DNA of 64,000 nucleotides, from the NCBI RefSeq assembly GCF_032191835.1, contig NC_083236.1:34968001-35032000 (forward strand). The letters run 5' to 3'. Numbering within the stretch: position 1 is the stretch's first letter; every line of letters begins with the position of its first letter. The translations under genes were made by a program, and so were the position numbers. Below the pieces are notes generated by a model. The model was not told the DNA's origin, did no database searches, and saw only the letters and a list, made by a program, of their open reading frames with translations. Below are positions 1-12,799 of the stretch, one piece after another. The DNA comes from Heteronotia binoei (taxonomy: Eukaryota).

Positions 1-1249
1 TGCAAGTAGCTCTGTTCCCTGAAAGGATCCTGGGAATTGGAAGTGTGATGGGGGCGGACTGGTTTGTATTTGTCTTAGTGAAGGACAAAGTCTGCTCTAG
101 CTGATCTCAGGGTTCCAGAGGAGAGGAAATTACTGCTCTTCCAAGTCCTGTGTTAGCCCTCACAGGCAGCCTGTACTGAAAGGCTTTCCAAAGAACATGA
201 GGCTGCCTCTCTGCTTCTCTCTTTCAGTAGGAAGGCAGCGATAGCAACAGAAGTCAAGTGACTCCCTTCGTAATCTCTCTCCAGGCGTTAGTAGCAATGT
301 CAGGGGCTGCTGTGTCCGAGCTTTGAAAAATTACTAGTCCTGATGCTGATGCGTTCTGAGAAAAGAGATCCTCTGTAATCTAAAATCAGCCTTTCAGAGT
401 TGTGGGTTTGTAGGGAGGAAGGAAGAGCTGGTTTTACACAAACTATACCAGAAGGTGTGAGTTCCCCTGCGTCAAACCGGCAGCAGGAATTGGCGAGTGC
501 AATGTAGCCAAGAAGTCACATAGAACAAGTAAGTGGGGGATATGAAAGTGAGAAATGCTTTGAAACAACAGGTGAGGCCAGATTTTGCTATGGTCTACTG
601 AAAAGATTAGATTTACAGGGCAAACCTAAGCAGAGTTCTACCATTCTAGACCTATTCAAGTCAAAGGTTGCGTCCCCTGTTTAGGACTATTTTGAGTACC
701 TTAAGCTAGGAACGAATGGTTTTCCACTTGTGCACTTTCCACTGAATATATCATTGCCCCAAACTCCAAGGTATTTTACCTCAGGCTTGCAGCCTATCTT
801 GGGGCAGGTGGCTGGTGGGCAAATCAGTCATTTCTCGTGTCTCTTCTATAACCCATTTTCTTCACTCCGGTATCTGAGAATTGTTAGCATCAGACGTGTA
901 CAAGTAAGTTGATTAAGAACAGGTTATCTGTACCTGGTTGGCATATTTTTTATCCTGCCTTTTCTCCAGGGGTGGTGCTACGATGTACATGGTGCTTCTT
1001 TCCTTCCTCCATTTTATCCTCATAGCAACAAAATAGGTTCTGCTGTCATGGTCCAGCAAGTTTTGTGAGGGATTGTATAAGGAGAATAGACATTCATGAA
1101 GGACAAGTCCATCCATGGCTCATAACCATCGTGATGACAGCAGGGAACCGCAATATTCAGACGATGTCAGCCTCTGAATAACAGTGCTGGGAGGCAACAT
1201 CAGAGGAATATTTTTGGCTATCCGTGCCCTGTTTCTTGACCCTCTAGGG

Positions 1250-1958
1250 CAGGGGTGTCAAACACATTTGTTAGGAGGGCCTGATCTGACACAAATGGGA
1301 TTTTGTGGGGCCGGGCCATGTGTGTCCTAAAATGTAATGTGAGGTAGTGGAGATACAAACTTTATAAAGGACACAGACAAACACAATTAAAGATCTTATG
1401 TTTTAACTTAAAATACAAACATGCTTAAAACTCTTGCAGTATTTTGTTTAAAATGGAAAGGTGGGGGAATAGTGGGATTTGGCAATGCAATTTTTAAAAT
1501 AAAACATCAAGAAAAAGACAAGGATCACAGCAGAAACTAAAAATATAAAATGCTCTGAGCCTGGGAAAGCATGAAAGGTGGGGAAAAGTGGGATTTGGCA
1601 ATGCAATTTTTAACAAAACATCATTATTTGCAAGGACGCAGCTCCAGGAAGCATGAGCTTCAGCCCGCTGTAGGAACACTGAAACAGAACAGACAAATTT
1701 GCAAGGAACATGTAGAATGGATTTTCCATTAAGGTCTCTGGGCCCTATCTATCTGGGCACAGAGACCTTAGTGGAAAATCCAATCCACATTTTCTTTGCA
1801 GCTTTGTTTCCTGTTGTAGCTAGCAAAGACAAGGCAGAGAGAGCAGGGAATTTCAGCAACCTCAGAGCTTCAAAGGGTGAGGACAGGAGGAGGAGGGGCC
1901 TGATTAAAGCCATGGGCGGGCTGGTTCTGGCCCCTGCGCCAGACATTTGACACCCCTG
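1250..1958. mobile_element. Non-autonomous hAT element
   Basis: TIRs caggggtgtcaaa / tttgacacccctg; degenerate 8-bp TSD ctctaggg/ttctaagg; internal ~55-bp duplication. Confidence 0.8.
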
Positions 1959-2587
1959 TTCTAAGGCAACTGGTTGGCCACTGTTCTAAGGCAACTGGTT
2001 AAACAGTTTCTGGTCATGGGTAGCCATGTTGTTCTTCAGTAGAAGAGTACGATTCAAGGGCAGTAGCATCTTAAAGACCAACAAGATTTTCCGAGTATAA
2101 ACTTTCAAGAGTCAAAGCTCCTTTCATCCTTGAAATCTTAGTCTTTAAGGAGCTATCAGAGTTGAATCTTGTGTGAAACAGGAGGCTGGACTAGATGGAC
2201 CTCTGGTCCAATTTAGAAAGGCTCCAATTATTGTCTTAAAAAAGAATGTGGACTTGAATCCAAATCCTCCAGAGCTTAATTTAACTTTCTAACTGTTAAA
2301 CTACACTGGCTGGCTATATACAAAAAAGAAGCGATAAATATTCTAAATAATGAATAGACAAAAGATAAATGTCAAAGATCTTTTAGACTGGTTTCTGATA
2401 TTTAGTAGCATTCTTTATGCCCTCCCAGACTGGGGAGAAAAATCTCGGGGGATTATCTAGGGGCCACATGAATGGTAGGGGGAAAAGAATGGAAGGAAAG
2501 GAGCCTTGCTTTGTCCATCCCACCAATGAATGATCTTTTTTTGGGGGGGGGGGGGTGGTACAGCCTTCCCAGAAAATGCCAAGATTT

Positions 2588-2590
2588 TTC

Positions 2591-2670
<80 letters not shown>

Positions 2671-2730
2671 TCGTCTGTCTTTCGTCTGTCTTTCTGTGTG
2701 TCTTTCTTTCTGTCTGTCTTCCTTCCTTCC
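2588..2730. repeat. (TTTC)n microsatellite grading into (TCTG/TTCC)
   Basis: Direct reading. Confidence 0.97.
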
Positions 2731-5700
2731 TTGGATGATGAACTTGTTGTCAGCCAAGGTCCTGATTTTATTCCTGTGCAACTCCCAGAATGTTATAAGC
2801 CCTTTTAATAAATAATAAGCAGTGACAACAGAACATAGGCTATGTCTTTTGCATCTTCCCAGGGCTTTTTGCTGTGTTTGAGCAAGACTTCTAGGAAACT
2901 GATGAAGTGGCAGATGTATTGCTTCAGTGTTTTGTGAAGACAGAGCCATTTTTAAGAGAGAGAGAGAATTTGTGAGTTTTTCCCATGGAATGTAAACTAC
3001 ATGAGGTGGTTAACCATAAATTGCTGTGTTTCCTGATTCACATATTGATGTTGGAGCTCAGGGGTTAAGAAGTTTAAGTTATTTATTTCACATTCTCTGC
3101 TTTTCTCTCCAGTGGGGAGGGACCCAAAAGGACTGACCTCATTCTCATATCCTCACAGCCAACCTTGTGAGGTAAATTAGATTGAGATTCGGACTGGCCC
3201 AAGATCACGCAGCAAGCTTCCAGGGCAGAGTGGGGAGTTGAATCCAGGTGTCTCAGATTCTAACCCAACACTCTAATCACTGCACCACACTGGTTGCCCA
3301 AGTGAATCATGCAGTTCCCTCTCTCATTTTGTCTCCTGAAGTGTGAGATTTTTTGATCTCTTTCTACATAGAAAAGCAGTCCATATTCTCTGGCACCAGT
3401 CCCTAGTAAGCTGCTGTCCTGATTTGGGGTGTTTTTACATTCAGTTTGAGCCAGAGTTTTACATTCAGTTGATCCAGAGTTGATCGCCTGCCACTGTTCT
3501 GCTTTAATTATTTTCCTTTTACATTTAAGCATTTCAATTTGGGAGGGGGGGTGTCTCTGATCAGAGGGCAGCCGGAATACCAGTGCTTAGTTAAATGTAT
3601 ACGATTGCTTGGAAATCCTGTCAACACTGCAAAAACAATACAAATTTAAATCACTAGATGAGGCAAACAATGATATGTAAAAATTTCAAGTGCTGTCAGT
3701 TCTCATGAAAATTACTGCACCTTGTGGTGGCTTTTGGAAGAGTCTTTTAAAACGCAGGAAAACTTTTACAATACAAGTTTGAAACGCCCATATAGAAAAG
3801 ACCAGACCAAAACTAGTCTCGAGAACGCTTTTGTGGCCATGTCGAAACCCGTCTCACTGAAACAAATGTAAATGCCTCGGGAAGCAACGATGCAAAACAG
3901 TTATGAGAACTTTATGTAATGTGAAAGGTGAGTTTATAATGCAGAGATATAGAGTCGCAAACTGCCAGTGTAAAAACACCCAACAGCTCTTAATAGTGTT
4001 GAAAATCTAGATGCACGCTCTGAAAAGATCTTGCTTGTTTTCATCTTTCTGCTGCAATGACAATGGAAATAGCATCTTGCCCGTTCTTGCTCTCCCTCTC
4101 TCCGGACTGTGGAGCAGATTCTGTCTGCTGGTGAAAAAGGAGTAAGGCTCCCCTTGGAACAAAAAGGCTGGGCTGGGGACCATGGGAGCTGCACAGACAA
4201 AAGCCACATGTGTCTGTAGTCAGGAGGGGAACTGGGTGAGATGGAGAGGAAAAGCTGCCTGGATCCACCGAGCTGTTGCATATTAACCTCTGCCAACTGA
4301 CTGGAACACTTCATGCCTCTGAAAGCAAGATCTGGGACACCAAAGCTTATGCCATAAGGGATGTATTACAGTGCGCTTCCAAACAGACTGCCAGCGAAGT
4401 CAGTAGGTTCAGAAGGCTGTAACTCTGCATAGGAATCCATAGTTGGCTTTGTTTTGATATTTTTGGCTGGAGAAGATAGACATGGCAACAGCATAGGGTT
4501 GCCAGATCCAGCTGGAAACCTCCTGCAGATGTGGGGATGTAGCCTGAAGAGGACAGGGACCTGAGTGGGGTACAATGCCAGAGAGTCCACCCTCCAAAGC
4601 ACCCATTTTCTCCATGGGAACTTATCTCTGTCATCTGGAGATGAGTTGTAATTCTGGGGGATCTCCAGATTCCACCCGGAGGCTGGCCTCCCTATTGCAA
4701 CTCTGTGGGATGTTGCTATGTCTTGTCAGAGCTGCAGTTCCTCACGTTCCCCTCCTCCCACTTCTGCATAACATCTATATATCAATTTCTCAAGTGTGAG
4801 CAGATCGGCAGATACCTAAATCTGCAGATCGGGCCCACACTGAAAGAAAGGAGATTTTTCTCCAAACTAGAGAGGAAACCCAGAGTTGTAGTCATAATCA
4901 AAAAAATAAAAAGTACATTGGGCAAAGTTTAAATCCCCACAAAGCAAAAACATTCTCTGTGGATGGGCACCTGAAGAGGACCCTGCCACATCTCCCAGGC
5001 CCTGCCAGTGATACAACAGCTCCAGAGGGCCCTGCCTGCTGCCCGGGGCCCTGTCACCCCCACTGTGGCAAGGAAGTGGGCAGGTGGCTGGGAGAGCCAC
5101 TGCTGCTGCTGTGACTGCTGGTGGTGATGGAAGAAAGTTTTAAAAGCTGAGTCAGCAGCTACAGAGACAGGGGTGAGACTGTGCTTAGTTCCTAACCCCT
5201 CTCACACCTTTCTACACTCACTGGCTCAGCTGTCCTTTTCAAACTCTCGCACACCCTTTCTAAAATGTCAGCCTGCAGATGAAGAGGTGAAGGTAAGGAG
5301 ACTGGAAGGGAAGAAAGAGAGTTGAGGGGAATATTGACAGAGAAGAGTGGGGGGGGGGGGGGAGAGACATGAATTTTGGAGAAGGGGAGAGAGAGAAAAT
5401 GGTGGTGGGGGGGAATGGGGTGCACCCTCCCTTCAAGTTTCTTGTGAGTTCCCATTTGAATATTGTAATAGCAAAGTCTGCCCAATCTGGTAATACTTAA
5501 ATCCAGTTATTGGAAGCCATAAATGGTCAAGATCAATTTTCTACAACCCTGAAAAATGCCTCAGTTTTGCAGAAAAATCTGAAATCTAAAGAAAGACCAA
5601 TGAGGGAGGGTAAAAAACCCCCAAATGATAAGAACCTTGATTAAAGCCTGTAGCTTTAAGAAGTGGAAGCCCTCAGTGGCTGTTGCTAGGCATTCTAAGC

Positions 5701-6564
5701 TACATGATGTTGGGTCAGTCACATACTTTCAGTGTAGCCCACCTCACAGTGTTGTTGTGAGGATGAAAAGGAGAGGGGAATAATGTAATCTGCTTGGGAC
5801 CCCACTGTGGAGAAAGGTGGGATTTAAATGAAGTAAATAAATGTAGCTGAAGATGGGAGGCAAATAGAAAGTAAGTTGGTGAATGGCTGAGCAGAGATTG
5901 AAGCAGAGAAAGGGGAGAGGATATGTGGGTTGCCAGGACTGGGAAAGGGAAATGATGAGGGGAGGAGAATATAGAGGAAAGTGAAGTGCTCCTTGAGGTT
6001 TCCCTACCATGCAAATGGGCTGGGCCCAGCACCCAGCACCACACAACTGGCCATAGTTTTCCTTGGCAGAGCCTGCTTTGGTAGGAACTGAAGACAGAGG
6101 AGCAGCTAAGATAGACTGGCTATCGGGTGGGAAGGAAAAGGGGAGAGGTCATGGGGACTGCTAGGAAAGAGAAAGAGGAAATAGTGTGTGTGTGTGGGGG
6201 GGGAGAAATTAGATGCCACCCCATAAATCCCTATGGGTTGCCTCTTGTTCTTTTCTATGCCTGCTCTGTGCTACCTTCACTTGCTTTGCACCAGCCTGGT
6301 CTGGAGAGATTTAAAAGCTAGGATCAACAAATCCAGAGAAAAAAACATCATGTTCCTGTCTGATGTTTACAGTCATTTGAAATGATCCTTACCAGTTGCT
6401 GCATGTGAAATCTCAGGCACAAAGCACAGTATGTCTGCCAGCCTCCAACAGTTCAATTCAAGTAGGGACCGGGTGTGTTATCACAAGAGGCATATGGTGG
6501 ATGTTAATACACCAGGCTGTAAGCAGCTGGCAGAGCTGGATGCTGCAACTGACTATGTTTATTT

Positions 6565-6970
6565 TAGGGTTGCCAAACACCAGGTGGTGACTGGAGATCT
6601 CTCAGAATTACAGCTGTCTCCAGAGATCAGTTCCCCTGGAGAACTGGGGTGCTCTGGAGGGAGGGCTCTATACGGCATCATATCCTTTTGAGGTCCCTTA
6701 GGGAAGGGATGGTGGCTCAGTGGTACAGCATCTGCTTGGTAAGCAGAAGGTCCCAGGTTCAATCCCCGGATCTCCAACTAAAAGGGTCCAGGCAAGCAGG
6801 TGTGAAAAACCTTAGCTAGAGACCCTGGAGAGCCACTGCCAGTCTGAGTAGACAATACTGACTTCGATGGGCCCAGGGTCTGATTCAGTATAAGGCAGCT
6901 TCATATGTTCCCTCCCTAGGCTCCACTCCCAAATCCCCAGGGACTTCCCAAACCAGAGTTGGCAACCCTA
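6565..6970. mobile_element. hAT MITE (TAGGGTTGCCA-TIR family) with nested SINE
   Basis: TIRs tagggttgcca / tggcaacccta; TSD gtttattt/gttttgtt (6/8). Many other full or partial copies (about 4494, 18690, 26640, 28780, 31270, 32130, 33800, 39700, 40650). Confidence 0.8.
6701..6909 (+). mobile_element. tRNA-derived SINE (Squam3-like)
   Basis: A box ggtggctcagtggt, B box ggttcaatccc, body ending cagtataaggcagcttcatatgttc. Related heads near 11770 (-), 57210, 59260 and 63290. Confidence 0.75.
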
Positions 6971-7914
6971 GTTTTGTTTGGAAACTTCAATCACATTAAC
7001 ATCAAAACATGATGTGTAGTGTGTGACAGCCAACAGTTGTCTTTAAATCTCTGCAAGGCAGGCATGTGCAGAATCCAGGATACACAGCAGGAGAGGGCAG
7101 GGGGGGACTTTCAACAATTTGCAATAGTTGTTGGAGGCGCTCTGGCAGTGAGCCTAGGTTAAGACTCAGGGAGTAAATGTGTATCTTCTTCTTGGGATCT
7201 GAAAATAAGAACATCAGAGGGGGTGTGAATGTTTACCATTTTCTGAAAAGGATAGTCTTCTCTAGACAAGCTACCCTCTTTTTAAGTCCAGGTGGTTTAT
7301 GTTGTTAGGATGGGGATGACCCCCAGGGCTTTATCAGTGCTGAAGATGGAAAATACATTTTGGGACTGGAGACCCACCTTTTAATCTTGCAGTTACCACT
7401 CCTACATGTATCCACCTCTGACCAGAAACCAGTTTCTTCTCACTGGTTCTTTCTTGTTGTGTGTGATTTCATGCAGAAGCTGTTTGTGTTGGGAGATTTC
7501 TAGGCCCCTCTGGGTAGAATGAGGCTATCCCTAAGTAAGATCCTTCCTAAAAAGGGATATTTGCAACGTTTTCCTGTGTGGGAGGAAGTCCTAGTAGCTT
7601 CCCTGAAAGGCAATCTTGGATGTGGTCCCTTCATGCTAGTGACTCATTTGAACTAGAAAGTCAGCACTGAATGCATCATTTGCTGAGTCCTCAATACTTT
7701 CCTTTCTTCTCACAAAAGCTCATACTCTACCACAAATTTTGTTAGTCTTCAAGGTGCTACTGGACTCTTATTTTTCATCCTTCTACTATTTGTTCTTTTC
7801 TTTCCCACTTTGGTCATAAAGCAGCCAAAGACAATAGCCTTTCTCAGTGTGCGAAATGAAAGCTTGATGGAACCTCTGCCAGTTTTGAAAGTCTAGTGCT
7901 TCTTTTTAGCCAAG

Positions 7915-8093
7915 ATGCCATTTTATAAATGTCTCCATCCAGTGACCATCCTTGTGGGCCCAAAGAGAGATCTGCCGAAAATACTTCTGTGTTTTTTGAT
8001 GCCGCTTGTGGATTATTTGGGATGTGGAGCTGATGATGCATCTTTGAGCGACCAGGCTCTTGAGCTTATGGCAAGTTCACGTTTAATTGATGG
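7915..8093 (+). CDS. DPEP2: Membrane dipeptidase (DPEP2-like) coding exon 1
   Basis: ATG at 7915 (caagATG) just after acceptor tctttttag|7910. Encodes MPFYK...ILLCFLMPLV...QALELMASSRLIDG; hydrophobic leader, then the equivalent of the family 'A..LM...P.IDG' motif. Donor GG|GTATGT, phase 2. Confidence 0.8.
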
Positions 8094-8161
8094 GTATGTG
8101 GATTTCTTTATTTTTAAGAATGGTGCGGCAACCCTCGTCTGGGCTGGGTCAGATTCTATAT

Positions 8162-8454
8162 GAGGGGTGGCCAAACTTGCTTAATGTAAGAGCCACATAG
8201 AATAAATGTCAGACGTTTGAGAAACAGAAGACATGAATTTTGGAGGGAGGGAAGGAAGGAAGGGGAGAGAGGTGGAAAGAAAACAACTTTGACTTAAAAT
8301 GCATCCTCTAAGCCACCAACTGGCTTTGAGAAGTGATTTAAGGAGAAAAATGCCTTCTCCAAGCTGGCCGATGGGGCAGTGGGGACTTCAAGAGCCACAC
8401 AATATGTGTGAAAAAGCCACATTTGGCTCCCAAGCTGCAGTTTGGCCACCCCTG
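8162..8454. mobile_element. Non-autonomous hAT element (CAGGGGTGGCCAAA family)
   Basis: TIRs (g)aggggtggccaaac / gtttggccacccctg; TSD ttctatat/ttctgtat. Related copies at about 45110-45410, 49290-49555, 50005-50300, 56655-56979 and 60750-60955. Confidence 0.85.
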
Positions 8455-8588
8455 TTCTGTATAGTCTTGTTCAGATACAGTATACTGTTTCGTTTTCCTT
8501 GAATACTAATCAATGCCAATTGCAAATGTTTCTGATTGTTTCCTCTCCCCTTCATCCAAAGACAATTTACATTGTGGACACAGGGAAG

Positions 8589-8967
8589 TAGGGTTGCCAG
8601 GTGTTTCCTGGCAACTGGCGGGTGATAAGGGGTGACCTACCAGGAGTGGGAGGGAGGTCCAGATGACATAGCTGGCAACATGGCTGTGTCACTTCTGACA
8701 TGTACCAGAAGTGACGTCAAACACTGTAATGTTACAGTGATGCTCCAGTATCTGAGCAAAAACTCTATGGTAAAAAGGGCTTCTAACATAGAAAAATGGT
8801 TAAAATGGCTTCTACCACTCCAGAAGTGATGCCACCACATTGCTGGCAATGTAGCCTGGGTCTGTGTCCCTCTCCTGGTAAGTCCCCCTGCCAGCCAGCT
8901 GATTGGCAGCCAAGTGTGGGGCCTAGAGCGGTGGATCCCCACCTCCACTGGGGGGCTAGCAACCCTA
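8589..8967. mobile_element. hAT MITE
   Basis: TIRs tagggttgcca / ctagcaacccta; TSD cagggaag/cagggaaa. Confidence 0.8.
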
Positions 8968-9632
8968 CAGGGAAATCCCACCTAGGGATGGTTCTTTTTA
9001 AAAGAATTGATGGGGGAAATTTACTGTTTGAAATTCTATTTCTTTACCTCAAACAGTTCGATGAATCGCTGGATCAAATAATCTTTGAGAGGCATTTAAC
9101 ATGAAAGCAAAAACATATTTATTACTACAGGGAAAGTACTGGGAGGTAAAACAACAAACACTAAGAACTACATCCTAACACATTGAAGAGCACATGCTTA
9201 ATGGAGGATACTTTCTCCTTCTCCTTGCTCTACCTGAACAAAGGAAGTCGCCTGACTAACTGACCAAACAAACAAGTTTCCTGCTTCTAGATTTTGATTG
9301 ACAGCAGCCTGGATCTTTTTCCTAGGTCATGCAAACAATAGGGAATCAGGCACAGTGTTAACCCTATAACGACTGGAACTTTAGAACATTGCAAAGGACA
9401 CACAGAACAGATACATAATTCCAACAAGAATTACAGGCCCAGCTACTATTGCATCTATCTGACCCCATCAGCTTATGGGTGCCCCACCTTTTTGTCTCAC
9501 CTGTGCTTTGTCTGGCTCTGACCCAGAACAATTGCCATGATTTTGGAGGCAGCTTTTATTTCCTGAGTATAATAAAAATCTTCTGATTGCAACTTTTTCC
9601 TGGAAATCAGGTGTTGTACCATGCAACCCTGT

Positions 9633-10025
9633 TAGGGTTGCCAGTCTCCAGGTGGGAGCTGGAAATCCTCCAGAATTACAGCTGACCTCCAGAGGAGTTA
9701 ATTGTGTTACTCTGTTGCTGCAAAATAGTAGAGTCCAGTAGCACCTGTAAGGCTAGCAAATTCTGATTAAGAGAGCTGTGTTTCTCAAAAGCTTATGTTA
9801 TTAGCTTATGCTATTAGTCTTAAGCTTATGCTTTGTTAGTCTTAAAGGTGCTACTGGACTCATAACTAATTGATCTCCAGGCAACAGAGATCAGTTCCCC
9901 TGGAGGAAATGGCTTCTTTGGAGGGTGGACTCTGGGGCATTATAATGGTTACTTCCCTCCCTAAACCCTCCTCTGCACTGGCTCCACTCCAAAATCTCAA
10001 GGAATTTCTCCAGACCGCAACCCTA
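9633..10025. mobile_element. hAT MITE with nested Penelope-like terminus (~9715-9865)
   Basis: TIRs tagggttgcca / ccgcaacccta; TSD aaccctgt/aatcctgt. Internal inverted gagtccagtagcacc...ggtgctactggactc block. Confidence 0.8.
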
Positions 10026-10730
10026 AATCCTGTCAAGGTTTATGGAAATCAATGGGCTTAGGGTATAATGCCCCCTTATGCTTTTCTCCAGTCCTTTCCT
10101 AGGTCCACATGTTCCATTAGCGCTTGCAAGTTCCCTAATAGGAGCTCCCAAATGCACCGAGTCTGATTTGAACCAGGACTGCGGCACAAGCGGAGAAAGG
10201 GCTTATGCCTCCCCACTGTTTAACTGATCAGAAATAACCCTGAGGGGCTCTATTTGCCCCATTGTGAGGTTCACATGTGCTGATAGGATACACTGCAGTA
10301 TGGCGAATAGCATTTTCCCAGGGTCATTCCAGCAGGAAGCTGGGGCCAAGGGCAGGAGGTTACCTGCCATAGCCACCTGTGAGGCAAGCAAAGCTGCAAT
10401 ACTATGAATTCTATCTGCAGTGATGCTCTTAAGTGGATAACACAAGCATTGTACCCAAAACCCAGGCCATTGAAGGGGATAGTGGGAATCAGGACTCCCG
10501 AGGAACATGCATGTGTGAACTGGCCCTAAAAGAGAACTTCCCCCAGTCTGTCTTTTTCCTTCTGCCACAGTGAAGGAAGACTAGGCGAGGCAAGGGTCCC
10601 AAGACTACTAGTTCCATCCTAAAATGAGTTATACACCCTTCTAAGTCCATTGAATTCAGTGAGCATAGAATGATGTAACACTGTTTAGGATGGCATTGTA
10701 TAACATCTTTGGCTCTTTTTGTCATTTTAG

Positions 10731-10857
10731 TCACAACGACCTGCCACTGAAGCTGAGATGGTTCTATCAAAACAAGTTGAGTAAAATTGATCTAAGAACA
10801 CTCAGCCGCACAGTCACAAATATTGAAAAACTCACCACCGGCCATGTTGGTGCTCAG
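10731..10857 (+). CDS. DPEP2: DPEP2-like coding exon 2 (zinc ligands HND)
   Basis: Acceptor ttttag|T; HNDLPLKLRWFYQNKLSKIDLRTLSRTVTNIEKLTTGHVGAQ. Frame requires donor CAG|GCAGGT (GC donor). Confidence 0.93.
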
Positions 10858-11224
10858 GCAGGTATCCTTTACATCCATGTGTGTATTGTATGAACCTTTC
10901 GAGATTAATGTGTCCCCTGCATGGGCAGTTCACAGCCATGGTCTGGGAGGGAGTTCCATGTGTGAAACTTCATTTCCAGGTTTGTGGAGGCTCAGTTCAG
11001 ACTGAGACTGTGGCGCTGTGGGGTGAGGGTGTTTAACACGCTCAACCCCTGCTGACATTCTGACCACAAAATTGCTATTTTGCCCCTGTGTAGGTAAAAG
11101 TTCATTTTTGTGTTTTTGGATCAAGTAAATATTCCTCTAACATATTTAAAAAATCACATATACAGCTCTCCAGAGTGGCAAATGTACTGTCAGTTTGGAT
11201 ATAAACTACTTAATGCATAGTCAA

Positions 11225-11705
11225 TAGGATTGCCAATTCCCAGGTGGGGCAAGGGATCCCCCAGTTTGAAGGCTGTCTCCCCACTTCAGGGTCATCAGAA
11301 AGTGGGGGTGGAGGGGAAATGTCTGTTGGGCACTCTGCTATTCCCTATGGAGACCGATTCCCAGGGTATAATGGAGAACTGATCTTGGGTATCTGGAGCT
11401 CTAGGGGGGGCTGTTTTGGGGGGTAGAAGCACCAAAATTTCAGCATAACATCCAGTGCTTCTCCTCCAAGTTTCAAAAGGATTGGACCAGGGGGTCCAAT
11501 TCTATGAGTCCCCCAAAGAAGGTGCCCCTATCCTTCATTATTTCTAATGGAGGGAAGGCATTTAAAAGGTGTGCAGTCCCTTTAAATGTGATGGCCAGAA
11601 CTCCCTTTGGAGTTCAATTGTGCTTGTCACAACCTTGCTCCTGGCTCCACACTCAATGTCTCCTGGCTCTACCCTCAACGTCTTGAATTGGACCTGGTAA
11701 CCCTA
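11225..11705. mobile_element. Non-autonomous hAT element (~480-bp family)
   Basis: TIRs taggattgcca / tggtaacccta; TSD atagtcaa/attgtcaa. Same family at 36887-37392, ~39780-40140 (-) and ~63880-64000. Confidence 0.82.
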
Positions 11706-12198
11706 ATTGTCAATAAACACATGAAATTGTCTTCCAGAGTCTGACCACGGGTCTACCAAGGTCATATCACCTCCTACGCCGGGGATTGAACCTAGGACCT
11801 GCATGCAAAGCAGATGCTGTATTGCTGAGCCATGAACCCCTCTTCAATGGGAAACTTTGGGGCTCATGACCTCTGGAAGTACAGCCCCAATCTTCACCTC
11901 ACCAAACAGAATGTTTTGCATTGTAAAATGTAGTGAAGAAAGGACCACTGGCTGGTAGAACTGTCAGGGTCTCTCCTGACTTTAGCCTCTTGCCCTTTAA
12001 AATTCCATTCTTGGGAGTCATAAAGGGCTGGGAAGGTACCACTGGGTTCTCCCACCAGTGCTTGGGGCAGCAGTCTGCTCCATCACTACCATACCTGCTT
12101 GGCATTGAGTAGCTCAAAGCTGCTCACTGAGTAGCTCCGTGTAGAGCTACTCAATGAGCTACACTGAGATACTCAACCCAGGTTTCTTCACTTCCTGA

Positions 12199-12466
12199 GA
12201 GCCAGTTTGGTGTAGTGGTTAAGTGCGTGGACTCTTATTTGGGAGAACCAGGTTTGATTCCCCACTCCTCCACCTGCAGCTGCCAGCATGGCCTTGGGTC
12301 AGCCATAGCTCTCGTAGGAGTTGTCCTTGAAGGGCAGCTGTTGTAAGAGCTCTCTCAGCCCCACCCACCTCACAGGGTGTCTGTTGTGGGGGGTGGGGAG
12401 GTAAAAGAGATTGTGACCACTCTGAGATTCAGAGTATAGGACGGGATATAAATCCAATATCTTCTT
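12199..12466 (+). mobile_element. tRNA-derived SINE with L2-like 3' end (Squam2-like)
   Basis: gccagtttggtgtagtggttaag head, ggtttgattccc B box, tail ggacgggatataaatcc. Further copies at 13781-14050, 24796-25077, ~55085-55250 (-) and ~59685-59900. Confidence 0.8.
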
Positions 12467-12669
12467 AATTATTTCTGGCCTGTCTGTGCTGACAGTGTGA
12501 TCCAGCCCATTGATTTGCAGACTTGCAGGCAGTCCTCTGGTGGCACGATTCTTGATGCAAGTCTAATTCTCCATATCTGCCTCTTTGGCAGAGAGAGTTA
12601 TACAGACATAGAAATAGATATGAAATGCATTTTTTTTTAAAAAAACCCTACATCTTGTCGATCTTTCAG

Positions 12670-12799
12670 TTTTGGTCAGTGTATGTTCTCTGCGGCGCTC
12701 AGAACAAAGACGCTGTGCGCCTGACGCTGGAGCAGATCGATGTTGTCCAGCGGATGTGTGAATCCTACGAGGAATTTGAGATGGTGACAACTTCTGAGG
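12670..12799 (+). CDS. DPEP2: DPEP2-like coding exon 3
   Basis: Acceptor ctttcag|TTT; [43 protein letters not shown]; donor G|GTAAAG, phase 1. Confidence 0.96.

Noticed and set aside
254-379. Minus-strand 42-codon stop-terminated stretch after tttag (ITEDLFSQ...KGVT*)
   Set aside because: Weak acceptor, no protein I recognise, and length within chance expectation.
2383-2949. 188-aa and overlapping ORFs (KKER/FLSF repeats); likewise 36528-36812 and 40504-40728
   Set aside because: They are open only because of (TTTC)n, (AT)n and (GGAA)n microsatellites.
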